From Deltaproteobacteria bacterium (GTDB lineage Bacteria > Myxococcota > Kuafuiibacteriia > Kuafuiibacteriales > Kuafuiibacteriaceae): 64,000 bases of DNA. The notes beneath the pieces were generated by a model that ran no database searches, was not told the DNA's origin, and saw only the letters and a program-made list of their open reading frames with translations. The position numbers and the translations under genes were made by a program. The stretch covers positions 448,001 to 512,000 of the forward strand of contig JAVJQW010000011.1 in NCBI GenBank assembly GCA_040218735.1, in the 5' to 3' direction. Shown one piece after another: positions 28,249-38,200 of this stretch (the first letter of the stretch is position 1; each line of letters starts with the position of its first letter).

Positions 28249-29531
28249 GGACCGCCGATCGCGAGGCGCGCACCCTGGGTCACGGCCGCCGACGAGTTGA
28301 GCTCACCGATCACGAACAGGCCGTCACCGAGGCGCGAGAGGAGCCCGCGGAACCCGAGCACCGGGAGCACGCCCTGCGCTTCGCAGAGCCCCTGCGGATC
28401 GTGGAACCGTCCGACGCGGCCGCTCGCGAGGAGGAAGTACAGGCCGCCATCGGCGTCGATGATGTCGAGGACGAACGCGGAGGGCTGACGACCGACGGTC
28501 GACCATTCGTCGGCCTCGAAGCGTGTGATGGTCCCGTTCCCGAGGCCGACCATCGTGCCGAGCGCCGTCTGCGCGATCGAATGGACGACCTCCTCCGGGC
28601 CTGCGATGCGGCGGATCCTCCCGCCCCGCACCACGGCGACGTTCGTGGTCTCGTTCTCGACGATCAGGGCCTCACCCGGCGCGTGCCACGCGATGTGTTG
28701 CTCGCCGAACTCGACGCTCCCGTCCACCGCGGTGAAGCCGTTGCCGTCGAAGTGCGCGACGTCGCCGTAGTCCGTCACCGCGAACAGCTCGATGTTGCGT
28801 GCCGCGTCGAGGTGCCCGTCGATGCGCACGTCGGTGAAGGACGAAGGGAACGCGTACTGCTCGGTGATGTCGACGATGCCGTCGCGCGTGAGCCGACCGC
28901 GGTACACCCGCCCGTTCGTCGCGCCGTACCAGACCGAGTCGTTCGCCGCGCGCCACACCGAGAACGGCGCGGCGCGACGCTCGAACGGGTTCGCGAGCAT
29001 GACCGGCGCGCCCCCGTCGGTTCGGTACATCGTGATCTCGCCGGCGGTCTCCATCGCAAACACCACCTCGTCGCCGATCGGCTCCGCCCACTGCGGAAAC
29101 CCCGGCACATCCCAGCTCGCGGTGACCGCGGTGATCGGCGCGCAGAGCCGACGCAGGAACGACGACGACAACGCAGCGCTCGACGCCGGCTCCCAGCTCG
29201 CGAGCTCGCCGTCGACCACCAGGGTGAAGACGTCGTCCGGGTTGGGGAGCGACAGGCCGATCTCCCCCGCGGGCGCTGCGACGAGCGGGCCCACCGGGAG
29301 CGCTTCGTCGTCGTAGGCCAACACCTCGACCGCGGGGGCGCCCTCGGAGACGTCGAGCCGAAGCGCGAAGTCCCCCGGGTCCGCCGGGTCCAGCACCACC
29401 GGATCGGCACCCGCGACGTCGAAGACGAACCGGCTCGCGTCCGGCGCCGGGGGCAGCGCGAGGAAGAGGTCGACGTCGGCCGGCGCGCATCCCGCCCCGG
29501 CGACGGCCAAGACCCACCACACCCCACGCAC
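28245..29531 (-). CDS. hypothetical lipoprotein with beta-propeller-like region
   Basis: GTG start 7 nt after TAAGCT; VRGVWWVLAVAGAGC lipobox; GTGA overlap with the deaminase fusion start. Confidence 0.7.
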   Translation of the reverse strand: MRGVWWVLAVAGAGCAPADVDLFLALPPAPDASRFVFDVAGADPVVLDPADPGDFALRLDVSEGAPAVEVLAYDDEALPVGPLVAAPAGEIGLSLPNPDDVFTLVVDGELASWEPASSAALSSSFLRRLCAPITAVTASWDVPGFPQWAEPIGDEVVFAMETAGEITMYRTDGGAPVMLANPFERRAAPFSVWRAANDSVWYGATNGRVYRGRLTRDGIVDITEQYAFPSSFTDVRIDGHLDAARNIELFAVTDYGDVAHFDGNGFTAVDGSVEFGEQHIAWHAPGEALIVENETTNVAVVRGGRIRRIAGPEEVVHSIAQTALGTMVGLGNGTITRFEADEWSTVGRQPSAFVLDIIDADGGLYFLLASGRVGRFHDPQGLCEAQGVLPVLGFRGLLSRLGDGLFVIGELNSSAAVTQGARLAIGGP

Positions 29532-29601
29532 GCCGCCCAGCTTAGGCGACGGCCCCCCTTTGCGAAAGCACACCGCGTCCGTCTACGCTGAAGATCCGCC
29601 G

Positions 29602-30813
29602 ATGGAGCTCGTCACGCTGGCTGTCTTGATCGCGACGATCGCCACCCTGCACCGGGTCGCGACCCACGCGAACGATTCGATGCGCGCGCTCCTCCCCTCA
29701 CTCGACGATCCGCTCACCGGCGTCCTCCTCGCGGAAGGTTTCGTCGCGAAGAACCACCGCGCGGTCGAGCTCGCGCCACGCGTCACGAACATCCTCCCGC
29801 TGTCATTCGTGAAAGAAGTCGACGGCCGAACGATCATCGTCGAGCGCGAAGTCGACGCACGTGCGCAGACGATCGTCGTGCGCACCGTCGTCCACACCGC
29901 GTGGCCGGACACCGACGCCGTCGTGAACTGGACGCTCGAACCCGACGGCCTCGTCGTCGCGGGGCTCCTCTCCGGCGGCATCTCGCAGTGGGTGCACGAG
30001 GGAGCGACGGTGACGTTCGACGGCGCCGCACTCACCATGAGCTACCCGTTCACCTACGCGCGCCCCGGGAGCGTGCGGCGCGCCGTCGACGCCGTCCTCG
30101 CGTGTGCGGGCAAGCTCGACCGCGGCCCCGCGACGCTGCACGACTGGGCGTTCGAGGTGGCGACGAGTGACTCCCTCCCCTACGCGCGGCGGATCGCGAC
30201 GACGAACCTGCTCGCGAGTGACCTCGCGGAGGACAAGAAGGCGCGCCTCGTCGAGATCGGCCGGACGGACCCGGACGTCGGCGTGCGCCTCGCGGTCGCG
30301 GCGCACACGGGGGAGGACGTCGTCGAGTTTCTCCGCCTCCTCGCGACCTCGGTAGAGGAGCCCGCGCGTGTCCGCCGTGACGCACTCGAACAGCTCGTCA
30401 CGCAGACCGACGACACCCGCGCGCGCGACGCGCTCCTGCGCGCCCTCACCTGCGAAGACGGTCGCCGCGCGGATGCGCTCTCGACGTTGACCGAGCTCGT
30501 CGCGGAGTCCGACGAACACGCCGCGCGGGTGTTCGCGTTGATCGACGACGCCGCGTTGCTGAAGCCGGCGCGCCCGGTGCTGTGGGCGATCATCGTCGCC
30601 GCGGACGAGCCGCTCGCCATCCAGGCCGTCGACCGCCTGGGGCGGGTCGGTAACGGCAACGACGTCCGCGACCTCGAACGCCTCAACGCGGGTGCTCGCC
30701 TCGTCGCCTGCGCGGACCTCACCGCCGCGCGCATTCGGGAGCGCATCGGTCGGCACGGGTTGTCGATCGTGCAGTCCGAGCCGGAGGGCCGGCTCAGCGT
30801 CGTCGGCGAGTGA
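29602..30813 (+). CDS. membrane-anchored HEAT-repeat protein
   Basis: N-terminal hydrophobic helix; DPDVGVRLAVA, VRRDALEQL, AVDRLGRVG. Confidence 0.65.
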   Translation: MELVTLAVLIATIATLHRVATHANDSMRALLPSLDDPLTGVLLAEGFVAKNHRAVELAPRVTNILPLSFVKEVDGRTIIVEREVDARAQTIVVRTVVHTAWPDTDAVVNWTLEPDGLVVAGLLSGGISQWVHEGATVTFDGAALTMSYPFTYARPGSVRRAVDAVLACAGKLDRGPATLHDWAFEVATSDSLPYARRIATTNLLASDLAEDKKARLVEIGRTDPDVGVRLAVAAHTGEDVVEFLRLLATSVEEPARVRRDALEQLVTQTDDTRARDALLRALTCEDGRRADALSTLTELVAESDEHAARVFALIDDAALLKPARPVLWAIIVAADEPLAIQAVDRLGRVGNGNDVRDLERLNAGARLVACADLTAARIRERIGRHGLSIVQSEPEGRLSVVGE

Positions 30814-30817
30814 TCGT

Positions 30818-31984
30818 CTACGGGATGAAGCAGTGGTTCGGGAACATGCCCGGCGGCAACCCACCGACCCACGGCGAGGGCTGCCCGCGCGTGTGGTTGT
30901 AGTAGAACGGCAGGTACGCGCTCGGCGGCGGGTCGAACGGGAGCTGGTGCCCGAAGTCACCCACGCAGTGCATGACGAAGCTGCCCTGGCTCCGTAGCGC
31001 GCTCGACAGCGCGAGCGACGCCGACTCGAAGCTGAAGTTGCCGTAGGTGTCGGTCGGCCCGCCCCAGAGCAACAGGCCGTTGATCGGCCACGAGGGTGTG
31101 GTGTTCGGTGTGTTGTCGCCGCCCGACATCGCGACGAACCCGGCGATGTACTGCGCGCGGAACTGGATGAGCTGGCTGATGAACAGCGCGCCCATGCTGT
31201 GCCCCGTCACGAAGATCCGGTTCGGGTCGATGCTGAAGTTCTCGTACATGCAGGCGAGCACGTCGTCGAAGAGCTGCACGTCCTCGTTCACCCACTGACC
31301 GCCCGCGCCGGGCGCGGTGACCATCGAGACCACGTAGGAGTTGTTCGCGGTGACCTCGCCGAGGCCCATCCAGTCCATCGCGTGGTCGGCCTGCCCCTGC
31401 CACCAGTGCCACACGAACACGATGCCGGAGTTCTGCGGGTTCACGCCGGTCGGCTGCTGCATCAGGAACTGACGCGACTGCCCGCTCGACTGGATGGTGT
31501 TGAAGTTCCAGTTGTTCGGGTTGCCGCCGCGGTCGACGAACGACGGGCAGGTCCCGTTATAGACCGGCACACCGGTCGGCGGCGGGCCGGCGTCGCGGCG
31601 CGGCGCGGTTCCGCCGTCGCGGGGCGGCGGGTTGTTGCCGCCGTCGCGCGGGGGTTGGTTCACGCCGCCGTCGCGCGGGGGTTGGTTCTGGCCACCGTCG
31701 CGGAAGCCGGCGTCGACGACCTCGCCGATGCACTGGCAACCGGTCGCCCAGGCGCCACAGGTCTGGCCGGGGCCGCACATGCAGGTCTGGAGGTTGTCGA
31801 ACGAGCTGCAGATCTCGCCGCCTCCGGAGCCGCCGTCACGGGTGCTGGACGTACCGCCGTCCCGGGCGGTGCGATTCCCGCCGTCCCAGGCCACGGGGTT
31901 GAAGTCGTCGCGGTCCGTCGTCCCGCAGGCCACGAGCGTGGCGATCATGGCGAATCCCAGTACGAATCGCATCGGCGGCGTCAT
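30818..31984 (-). CDS. PHB-depolymerase-like esterase lipoprotein with Pro-rich RDGG-repeat linker
   Basis: Lipobox LVAC; IDPNRIFVTGHSMGA; WGGPTD; FGH. Confidence 0.8.
   Translation of the reverse strand: MTPPMRFVLGFAMIATLVACGTTDRDDFNPVAWDGGNRTARDGGTSSTRDGGSGGGEICSSFDNLQTCMCGPGQTCGAWATGCQCIGEVVDAGFRDGGQNQPPRDGGVNQPPRDGGNNPPPRDGGTAPRRDAGPPPTGVPVYNGTCPSFVDRGGNPNNWNFNTIQSSGQSRQFLMQQPTGVNPQNSGIVFVWHWWQGQADHAMDWMGLGEVTANNSYVVSMVTAPGAGGQWVNEDVQLFDDVLACMYENFSIDPNRIFVTGHSMGALFISQLIQFRAQYIAGFVAMSGGDNTPNTTPSWPINGLLLWGGPTDTYGNFSFESASLALSSALRSQGSFVMHCVGDFGHQLPFDPPPSAYLPFYYNHTRGQPSPWVGGLPPGMFPNHCFIP
31611..31703 (-). repeat. 27-bp in-frame tandem repeat encoding xN(Q/P)PPRDGG (about 3.5 copies)
   Basis: CCRCCGTCGC recurs at 31611, 31638, 31665 and 31692. 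Confidence 0.85.
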
Positions 31985-32068
31985 CCTGCGCAGATAAGTC
32001 CACCTTGTAAACGTACAAGACGTGGACGGACCCACGACCGATACGGGCCTCGGGCCGGATTGGGTCCC

Positions 32069-34327
32069 TCAAATCGGTCGCGCGAGCAGCTCGAGCAGCT
32101 CGACCGCGCGCACCATCAACCACACGCCAACGCCGCACAGGAGGAACAGCCGGCACATCAACCAGGAGACACTCACCAGCTCCCCGGCCCAGGCCACGGC
32201 GAGGGAATGCTCGCGGCGGGTCTCGAAGCGCGACCGCTTCGCCGCGAAGCGCTCGCCGAAGCGGCCCCAGACCCCGCGTGCGTTCTCGATGACGGCGCCC
32301 CGCGCCGCCGCCAGGCGGGCGCGAACGTCCCGCGCTGCGATCCCCAGCCCGAGCGCGGCGAGGACGCCCGCCCACGCGGTCGACACGTCCATCCACCAGG
32401 CCGCTTGGACGGAAACCGCCGCGAGCGCGAGCGCGGCGAGGAAGGAGCGGCGCCGGAGCCGCCACGCGAAGGCGAGCGCCACCGCGATCCCGATCACACC
32501 GAGCAGATTCCCCAGCAGCTCGATCGGCGCGCGGACGAAGGTGAAGCGCACCGACGTCGCCTCCCCCGCGTCGACCCAGTAGCGCCGGTACACGCGGTGC
32601 TGCCCGCGCTTCGGGATGCGGACCTGCACGGCCATCGCGCCGCTGCCCGCGTCGGTGACGAAGCCCTCCGTCGAGGCGGCCTCGAGCGCGTCCGCCTCCG
32701 CGTCCTCCGTGGTCTGGATGAACGGGATCGAAAGACCGGCGTCGTGCCACTGGGCGTTCTGCGCGAACCGCTGCGCGCGCACCGGTCCGTCCAGCTCGGT
32801 CGCCGCGTAGCCGCCCGGGACGTAGACGTTCCATTCGAGCGAAGACACCGGCACGTCGAGCTTCGGAAGCATGAGCTCGCGTCGCCCGACGAGGGACATC
32901 GCGTCGACGTCGAAGCGATAGACGACCTGCGCCTCGAACGGGACCAGCTGACCGTTCTCGCGCTTCGAGCGGACGAGCGGGAGGAGCACCCGGCCCGAGT
33001 CGTCGCGGCTCGGCTTGACGGGGCGGCCGTCGATCGTGGCGCTCTCGACGGTCGCCCGCGCGTCGATGTGCAGCGCGAGGTACTGCTCGAGGACGTTGCG
33101 CAGCTTCAACCGCGCGTCGGTCATGATGCGACCGTCCTTCGTGACCACCGAGGTCGCGACGAGCTGATCCACGCCTCCCGTCGCCAGCGCTCGCTCGGGG
33201 TAGCGGGCGACGCGCAGCCACACGGGGCTTCGACGGTCCGCGTAGCGGAACGCGCGAACCACCGGCGAGACCGCGCTCATCACGATCTTCTCCGGGAGCT
33301 CGCGGACGTCGAGCGGCACGAGGCCGTCGCCCTCCACGCCTTCGACGGAGAGTTTGCCGGGGATCTCGATCGCGACGAAGCCGGTGTCGCGTTCGACGTC
33401 GAGGAGCTCGAGCACCGGCATCTGCACGCGTGCCTCGTCGACGGCGAGCGTTCTCTTCAAACGAAGCGAGATCTCGTAGTGGTCGCGCATTCCGAACGCG
33501 GTCTCGCCTATGAGCACCGGCTTGTGATCGATGACCTCGATGCGGTGGTGGAAGGCGCCCTGCCCATCCGCGCTCACCACGTCGTAACCCGCGGGGAGCT
33601 CGACGCGGAACGTCTTCTGGGGCGCGTAGAGGATCGTGTAGTCGATCACCGAGAACAGCTCGATGCTCTCCCGCGACAGCGACACGAGGTTGTGTGTCTG
33701 GCCGTAGACCTTCGCGGGTCGCCCGGCGCTCGCGCGGACGTCGTGCAGGCCGACGATGTGGATCTCACTCGTCGGTTTCAACACCGCTTCGAGGCGGGTC
33801 CCGGTGTCCGTCGAGCGGACCTGCTTCGAGACCGCGGAGGCGATGCGGGGGGAGAGGTCCGGCGTGTCGAAGGTGACGTCGAGGCGCGTGACCGGGCTCG
33901 GGGCGACGGCGAACCGATACTCGATCGAGCCGCGCGGGCCACGCGGCGGGACGACGAGCTCGACGACGAGCTGCCTGCGCCCGGGGCGCTCCGACGACCA
34001 CGCCCAGCGGTCGTGCTCCGCGACGAGCGCGACCGGTTGTCCGTCTTCCTCGGCGGAGAGGACGACGACGTCGGAGCCGAGCACCGCGAGCTTCTGACCG
34101 GGCGCGGAGAACTGCGCGACCACGCGGAGCGAAAAGCGCAGGTTCCGGCCGTCGGAGCGGCCGGAGAAGATCGTCTCCTGGATGACCGGCGCGCGCGCGG
34201 CGGTTTGCGACTTCACCTTCTCGCGGAGCGCTTCGAGGTGCGCCTGGCGTTCGGTGAAGACGTCGAGCGGGACGCGGACCTCGGGGCCGGCGGCGACGAG
34301 CGCGAGGGCGATGGCGGGCGCGAACAT
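32069..34327 (-). CDS. large exported/membrane protein of unknown function, paralog of 34327-36771
   Basis: TGATG overlap; signal peptide MFAPAIALALVAA; beta-rich ectodomain; several C-terminal TM helices. Confidence 0.75.
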   Translation of the reverse strand: MFAPAIALALVAAGPEVRVPLDVFTERQAHLEALREKVKSQTAARAPVIQETIFSGRSDGRNLRFSLRVVAQFSAPGQKLAVLGSDVVVLSAEEDGQPVALVAEHDRWAWSSERPGRRQLVVELVVPPRGPRGSIEYRFAVAPSPVTRLDVTFDTPDLSPRIASAVSKQVRSTDTGTRLEAVLKPTSEIHIVGLHDVRASAGRPAKVYGQTHNLVSLSRESIELFSVIDYTILYAPQKTFRVELPAGYDVVSADGQGAFHHRIEVIDHKPVLIGETAFGMRDHYEISLRLKRTLAVDEARVQMPVLELLDVERDTGFVAIEIPGKLSVEGVEGDGLVPLDVRELPEKIVMSAVSPVVRAFRYADRRSPVWLRVARYPERALATGGVDQLVATSVVTKDGRIMTDARLKLRNVLEQYLALHIDARATVESATIDGRPVKPSRDDSGRVLLPLVRSKRENGQLVPFEAQVVYRFDVDAMSLVGRRELMLPKLDVPVSSLEWNVYVPGGYAATELDGPVRAQRFAQNAQWHDAGLSIPFIQTTEDAEADALEAASTEGFVTDAGSGAMAVQVRIPKRGQHRVYRRYWVDAGEATSVRFTFVRAPIELLGNLLGVIGIAVALAFAWRLRRRSFLAALALAAVSVQAAWWMDVSTAWAGVLAALGLGIAARDVRARLAAARGAVIENARGVWGRFGERFAAKRSRFETRREHSLAVAWAGELVSVSWLMCRLFLLCGVGVWLMVRAVELLELLARPI

Positions 34328-36771
34328 CAGCGGACCTCCTTGGCGGTCACGAGGAGCAGGACGAGCCCGAACAGGCTCGCGGTGCTGAGGAGGAGTGGAT
34401 AGGCGAGGAGCACCGAGAGCACGGTCGCCACGACGGCGATCTTCACGATGCGACGCGGGCGCCACCACGCCTCGACCTGGAGCGACCGGGTCCGCACGGC
34501 GTCGCGCGCGGCGGTGAGCCAGCGCGACATGAGCGGCGGGAGCACGACGAGCGCGAGGCCGACGTCGGCGCCGAGGACGGCGTGGCGGTGTACGCCGAGC
34601 ACGTAGTGACCGACGAAGACGGCGAGCGCCGCGGCCGCGAGGAACGTGAGCGACACACTCGACAGCAGCGCCGGCACGAGGCCTTCGCGGCGCACGTGCG
34701 ACGCGAGCCGGAACGCCACGAAGACGAAGAGGGCGAAGAACGCAAAGCGGAGCCACGGCAGGAGGCTGCGTTCGACGTAGACGACGTCGACGACCGCCGG
34801 CTCGTGCTCGAGCAACACCCGCTCGAATCGATAGCGACGTCCGACCAGCGGGAACGCGGCGAGCGCCTCCGTGACGCGGGTCTTCTGCTCGCGCTGGAAG
34901 ATGATCTTCCGCGACTCGAGGATGTTCTCGTAGAGGTGACCGCCGCCGGCCCAAGCGTGGTCGATGACCTCGACGTGCTCGAAGAACTGCTTCAGCCGGC
35001 GCAGCGGGTCGTAGCGGATGTTGCTGAGCTGCTGGAGGTTCGAGTCGAAGCGCAGCGGCTCGAACGCCTGCGGGAAGTAGTAGTGCCAGGTCGCGGACAT
35101 CACGGGGATGTCGAGCGTCGGCAGGCGCGTGGTACGTGCGCCCGCGCGCGTAAGGGCGCCGGTCTCGACCTTGTAGGCGAGCTCGACGACGAAGTTGCTC
35201 TCCTCGAAGGTCACGTCGCCCGCGCGGTTCGGGATGTCGACGACCTCGCCGACGACGAGATCTTCGGGGCCGTACACACTCGGGTTTGCGTCGATGATCG
35301 CGTCCCAGCGATCACTCGTGCCGAAGTATCTGAGGGAGAGGCCGCCGAGGGTGTCACCCGGTCGAATTCGGTGACGTCGCTGCCCGCCGGTGATGCGCTC
35401 GGACTGACGCAGCGGAACGAGCAGGCGTTCGTCGTCGGCTTCGCGGGTGACGGCGGGGAGGAACGGCGCGCCGTCGATCATCGCGTGGGTGACCTGCGCG
35501 CCCTCCGGGAGGCGCATCGACAGGTACTGCCGCGTGTTGTTGCGGACGTAGAGGCGCATCTTCGTCACCTCCAGGCCCTGCTCCACGAGCACCGTCGAGA
35601 CCCAGAGGTCGTCGATCACCGCCTGCGTCAGATCGATCTCGTGGTTGGCGGTGCGCACGAGCCCGAGTGACGGCCACGCGGTGCGCGCGCGGTACGCGAA
35701 CAGGAGCGGTTTGTCGGTGAGGTTGGCGAGCTGCTCGGGGACCTCGCGCGGGCGGACGGCTTCGGCGCCCTCCATCTTCGACACCTCGAGGTGGAAGCCG
35801 GCGCGGCCTTCGACGGCGACCCAGGCGTCGCGGAGCGTCGCGTCGGCGGGGGTGACGAACCGAACCTCGGCGGCGGTCGGCGAAGTGAGCGGCGCCTGGG
35901 CGCCGACGACGATCTGCACCTTGTCGTCGACGAGGTGTTTGAGGAGCACGACGAGGTGTCGCTTCGCGCCGCGCTCCTCCGTGTACCACTGCAGGATCGC
36001 GGGGCCCTCGACCGCCGTGACCTCGACGCCGTCCGGGATGTGGGCTTCGACGCGGTCCGTCTCGCCAGCGACCATCGTGTAGGTGAGCACCGCCTGCGTG
36101 TGGACGAGCTCGGGCTCGAGCCGGACGAGCCCCAGCGCGGCGGCCTCCATCTCTCTTGCCCGCGCGACGTCGTGTGTCGCGCGCCGGCGCCAGCGGACCC
36201 GGAGCCCGTCGCCGCCCGTGAAGTGCAGGCGGGCGCGGGTCTTCTTGCCGTCGGTGCGCAGCTCGTCGACGACGCCCCGCTCGACGTCGACGTCGACGTC
36301 GCGCTCGGGGAGGACGAGGTTCACGCGAGAGACGGGCGCCCGCGGGAGCGCGAGCGCGAGCGCCCGTTCGAAGCGGGCCTGCTCGCGGCCGGCCTGGAAC
36401 CGGACCTCGACGCGGTGCCGTCCCGGCTTGGCGATCGTGCCCTCGTAGAAGGAAGGGCCGCGGACGAGAACGCCCGGTGCGCCGTCGATGGTGACCGACT
36501 CGAGGGAGGCGGCGCGGTCGAGGAGCGGGAGGACGGCGTCCTTCGTGTGGGTGTCGACGTCGAGCGTGACGGTCCCGAAGAGCACGCCGCGGACGAACTC
36601 GACGTCGAGCGTCCGGCGCCGCACCGCGTGGGGGAGCACGTCGGGCGCGTAGGCCTCCAGGCGAGTGATCTCCTTTTCGACCTCCAGCCACTGCTCGAGC
36701 GGGAGCACGACCTCCCCGGCCGAGGCCTGGGCGACGAGGAGCGTGAGGACGGAGAGCGGCGCGGGACCCAT
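34327..36771 (-). CDS. large exported/membrane protein with inserted LysM domain
   Basis: Signal peptide; LysM HRIRPGDTLGGLSLRYFG..WDAIIDANP..DLVVGEVVDIP; C-terminal TM helices. Confidence 0.8.
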   Translation of the reverse strand: MGPAPLSVLTLLVAQASAGEVVLPLEQWLEVEKEITRLEAYAPDVLPHAVRRRTLDVEFVRGVLFGTVTLDVDTHTKDAVLPLLDRAASLESVTIDGAPGVLVRGPSFYEGTIAKPGRHRVEVRFQAGREQARFERALALALPRAPVSRVNLVLPERDVDVDVERGVVDELRTDGKKTRARLHFTGGDGLRVRWRRRATHDVARAREMEAAALGLVRLEPELVHTQAVLTYTMVAGETDRVEAHIPDGVEVTAVEGPAILQWYTEERGAKRHLVVLLKHLVDDKVQIVVGAQAPLTSPTAAEVRFVTPADATLRDAWVAVEGRAGFHLEVSKMEGAEAVRPREVPEQLANLTDKPLLFAYRARTAWPSLGLVRTANHEIDLTQAVIDDLWVSTVLVEQGLEVTKMRLYVRNNTRQYLSMRLPEGAQVTHAMIDGAPFLPAVTREADDERLLVPLRQSERITGGQRRHRIRPGDTLGGLSLRYFGTSDRWDAIIDANPSVYGPEDLVVGEVVDIPNRAGDVTFEESNFVVELAYKVETGALTRAGARTTRLPTLDIPVMSATWHYYFPQAFEPLRFDSNLQQLSNIRYDPLRRLKQFFEHVEVIDHAWAGGGHLYENILESRKIIFQREQKTRVTEALAAFPLVGRRYRFERVLLEHEPAVVDVVYVERSLLPWLRFAFFALFVFVAFRLASHVRREGLVPALLSSVSLTFLAAAALAVFVGHYVLGVHRHAVLGADVGLALVVLPPLMSRWLTAARDAVRTRSLQVEAWWRPRRIVKIAVVATVLSVLLAYPLLLSTASLFGLVLLLVTAKEVR

Positions 36772-36828
36772 GTGGACGGGCGAACCCCGGCCCGATCCAC
36801 GACCATTCCGTTAGGGTTCGTTTGTCGA

Positions 36829-37527
36829 TCAGGGCTCGGCGTCGAGCGCGGCGAGCCGAGCCTCGAGCGCAGCGGCGCGCGCCTCGGCGGCCGCAGCGCG
36901 AGCTTCCGCGGCCCCCGCGTGCTCCTCCGCCGCGTCGGCGCGAGCTTCCGCCTGCCGGCGCGCGTCGATCTGCTCCGCGAACGTCCTGAACGCGGCGCCG
37001 TCCGGCCCGAAGATCCGCAGCGTCTCCTTCAGTTCGAACCGAATCCGCAGACGCGGGCTCACGAAGCCGTCCATCGAGTCGACGTCCACGAAGCGCTCGC
37101 CCTCACGCACCCAGCCGGAGAGCGTCTCCCGCTCGGGGTCGTAGTAGTACAGCTCCTCGACGCCGTACTGCTCGTAGAACCGCAGCTTCTTGATCAGCTC
37201 CGCGGTGGTGTTCGACGGCGAGATGATCTCGAAGACCACCTGCGGCGCGACGTCACCCTCCATCCACTGGATGTACGAAGGCCGAATCGCCTTGGGCCGC
37301 CCCAGCACGACGAACACGTCCGGCGCCATGCAGAGCTTCGGATCGCCTCGCACGGGGTACCAGAACATGTCGGCCCCGACGAAGTCCTCGAGCATCGCAT
37401 CCAGGTTCCCCTGAATGGTCACGAGCCATTCGTACTGAGCGCCCCCCTCCGCCATCGGTTTGCCGTCGCTGGATGGATAGACGATGTCGTCTTCTACGTA
37501 CGGCGCGCTGGCATGCATGTGGCGCAT
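36829..37527 (-). CDS. Uma2/DUF820 family endonuclease-like protein with C-terminal coiled coil
   Basis: YPSSDGKPMAE, APDVFVV, PQVVFEIISPSN, KLRFYEQYGVEELYYYDP; AEARA repeats. Confidence 0.9.
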   Translation of the reverse strand: MRHMHASAPYVEDDIVYPSSDGKPMAEGGAQYEWLVTIQGNLDAMLEDFVGADMFWYPVRGDPKLCMAPDVFVVLGRPKAIRPSYIQWMEGDVAPQVVFEIISPSNTTAELIKKLRFYEQYGVEELYYYDPERETLSGWVREGERFVDVDSMDGFVSPRLRIRFELKETLRIFGPDGAAFRTFAEQIDARRQAEARADAAEEHAGAAEARAAAAEARAAALEARLAALDAEP

Positions 37528-37605
37528 CTCGCGTTGAACTCTAACATGCGCCCTCCAAGATCACGTCCCGTGCCACGCGGGAGGTCGCCACGGCTCGCGC
37601 GCCGC

Positions 37606-37674
37606 GTTCGATAATCGAACTTTCGTCCGGATATCGAACTTCTCGTCGAACAAACCTCCGGATAAAGATCGAAG
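37606..37674. promoter_or_regulatory. palindrome plus direct-repeat cluster between the divergent Uma2 and greA-like genes
   Basis: Perfect GTTCGAT-A-ATCGAAC at 37606-37620; (A/G)TCGAA(C/G) at 37614, 37633, 37645 and 37668; TCCGGATA twice. Confidence 0.5.
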
Positions 37675-37677
37675 CGC

Positions 37678-38172
37678 ATGGACCTCGCCGGTATCGACAA
37701 GGCGGCGCTGATCGCCGCGATCGTCGCGCAGCTCGCCGCCGAGCTCGATGGGGTGCGCGAGGCCGCGAGCTCGGCGCGCGAGGGCGCGACGCACGAGGAC
37801 GCGCAGCCCGAGAACCAGTACGACACACGCGCGCTCGAGGCCTCGTACCTCGCCGGCGCGCAGACGGCGCGCGCCGAGGTGATCGAGGCCGCCATCTCCG
37901 TCCTCGAGCGCATGCAGCTCCGTGACTTCGACGAGGACACGCCGATCGCGTTCGGCGCGCTCGTGCAGGTCGAGCACGACGACGGCGACGAGATCTACTT
38001 CGTCGCCCCGGAGGGCGGCGGCGCCAAGGTCCGCTACGCGGACCTCACCATCCGCGTCGTCACCCTCGCCTCGCCCGTCGGCCGCGCGCTCTCGAAGAAA
38101 CGCGTCGGCGACGGCTTCGAGCTGACGCTCAAGCGCGTCCGCCGTGAATACGAGATCGTCGCCGTGGCGTGA
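37678..38172 (+). CDS. GreA/GreB-family transcription elongation factor
   Basis: ATHEDAQPENQYDTRALEASYLA; FGALVQV; VVTLASPVGRALSKKRVGD. Confidence 0.85.
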   Translation: MDLAGIDKAALIAAIVAQLAAELDGVREAASSAREGATHEDAQPENQYDTRALEASYLAGAQTARAEVIEAAISVLERMQLRDFDEDTPIAFGALVQVEHDDGDEIYFVAPEGGGAKVRYADLTIRVVTLASPVGRALSKKRVGDGFELTLKRVRREYEIVAVA

Positions 38173-38200
38173 CCTCCGCGTTCGGCGTTACGATCCCCCC

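Noticed and set aside
31199-34402. Very long antisense ORFs (also 12581-14863, 15696-18074, 26200-28488, 35791-37614)
   Set aside because: Mirror frames of well-supported genes in high-GC DNA, R/V/E-biased with no motifs
36829-37527. Uma2 nuclease as a defence or mobile element
   Set aside because: Common multicopy family; no methylase, integrase or flanking repeats
37494-37547. Possible 17-aa uORF MLEFNARCATCMPARRT after GGAGG, overlapping the Uma2 start
   Set aside because: The same bases form an extended -10 (TG-T-TAGAGT) for Uma2; short spacing and no other support
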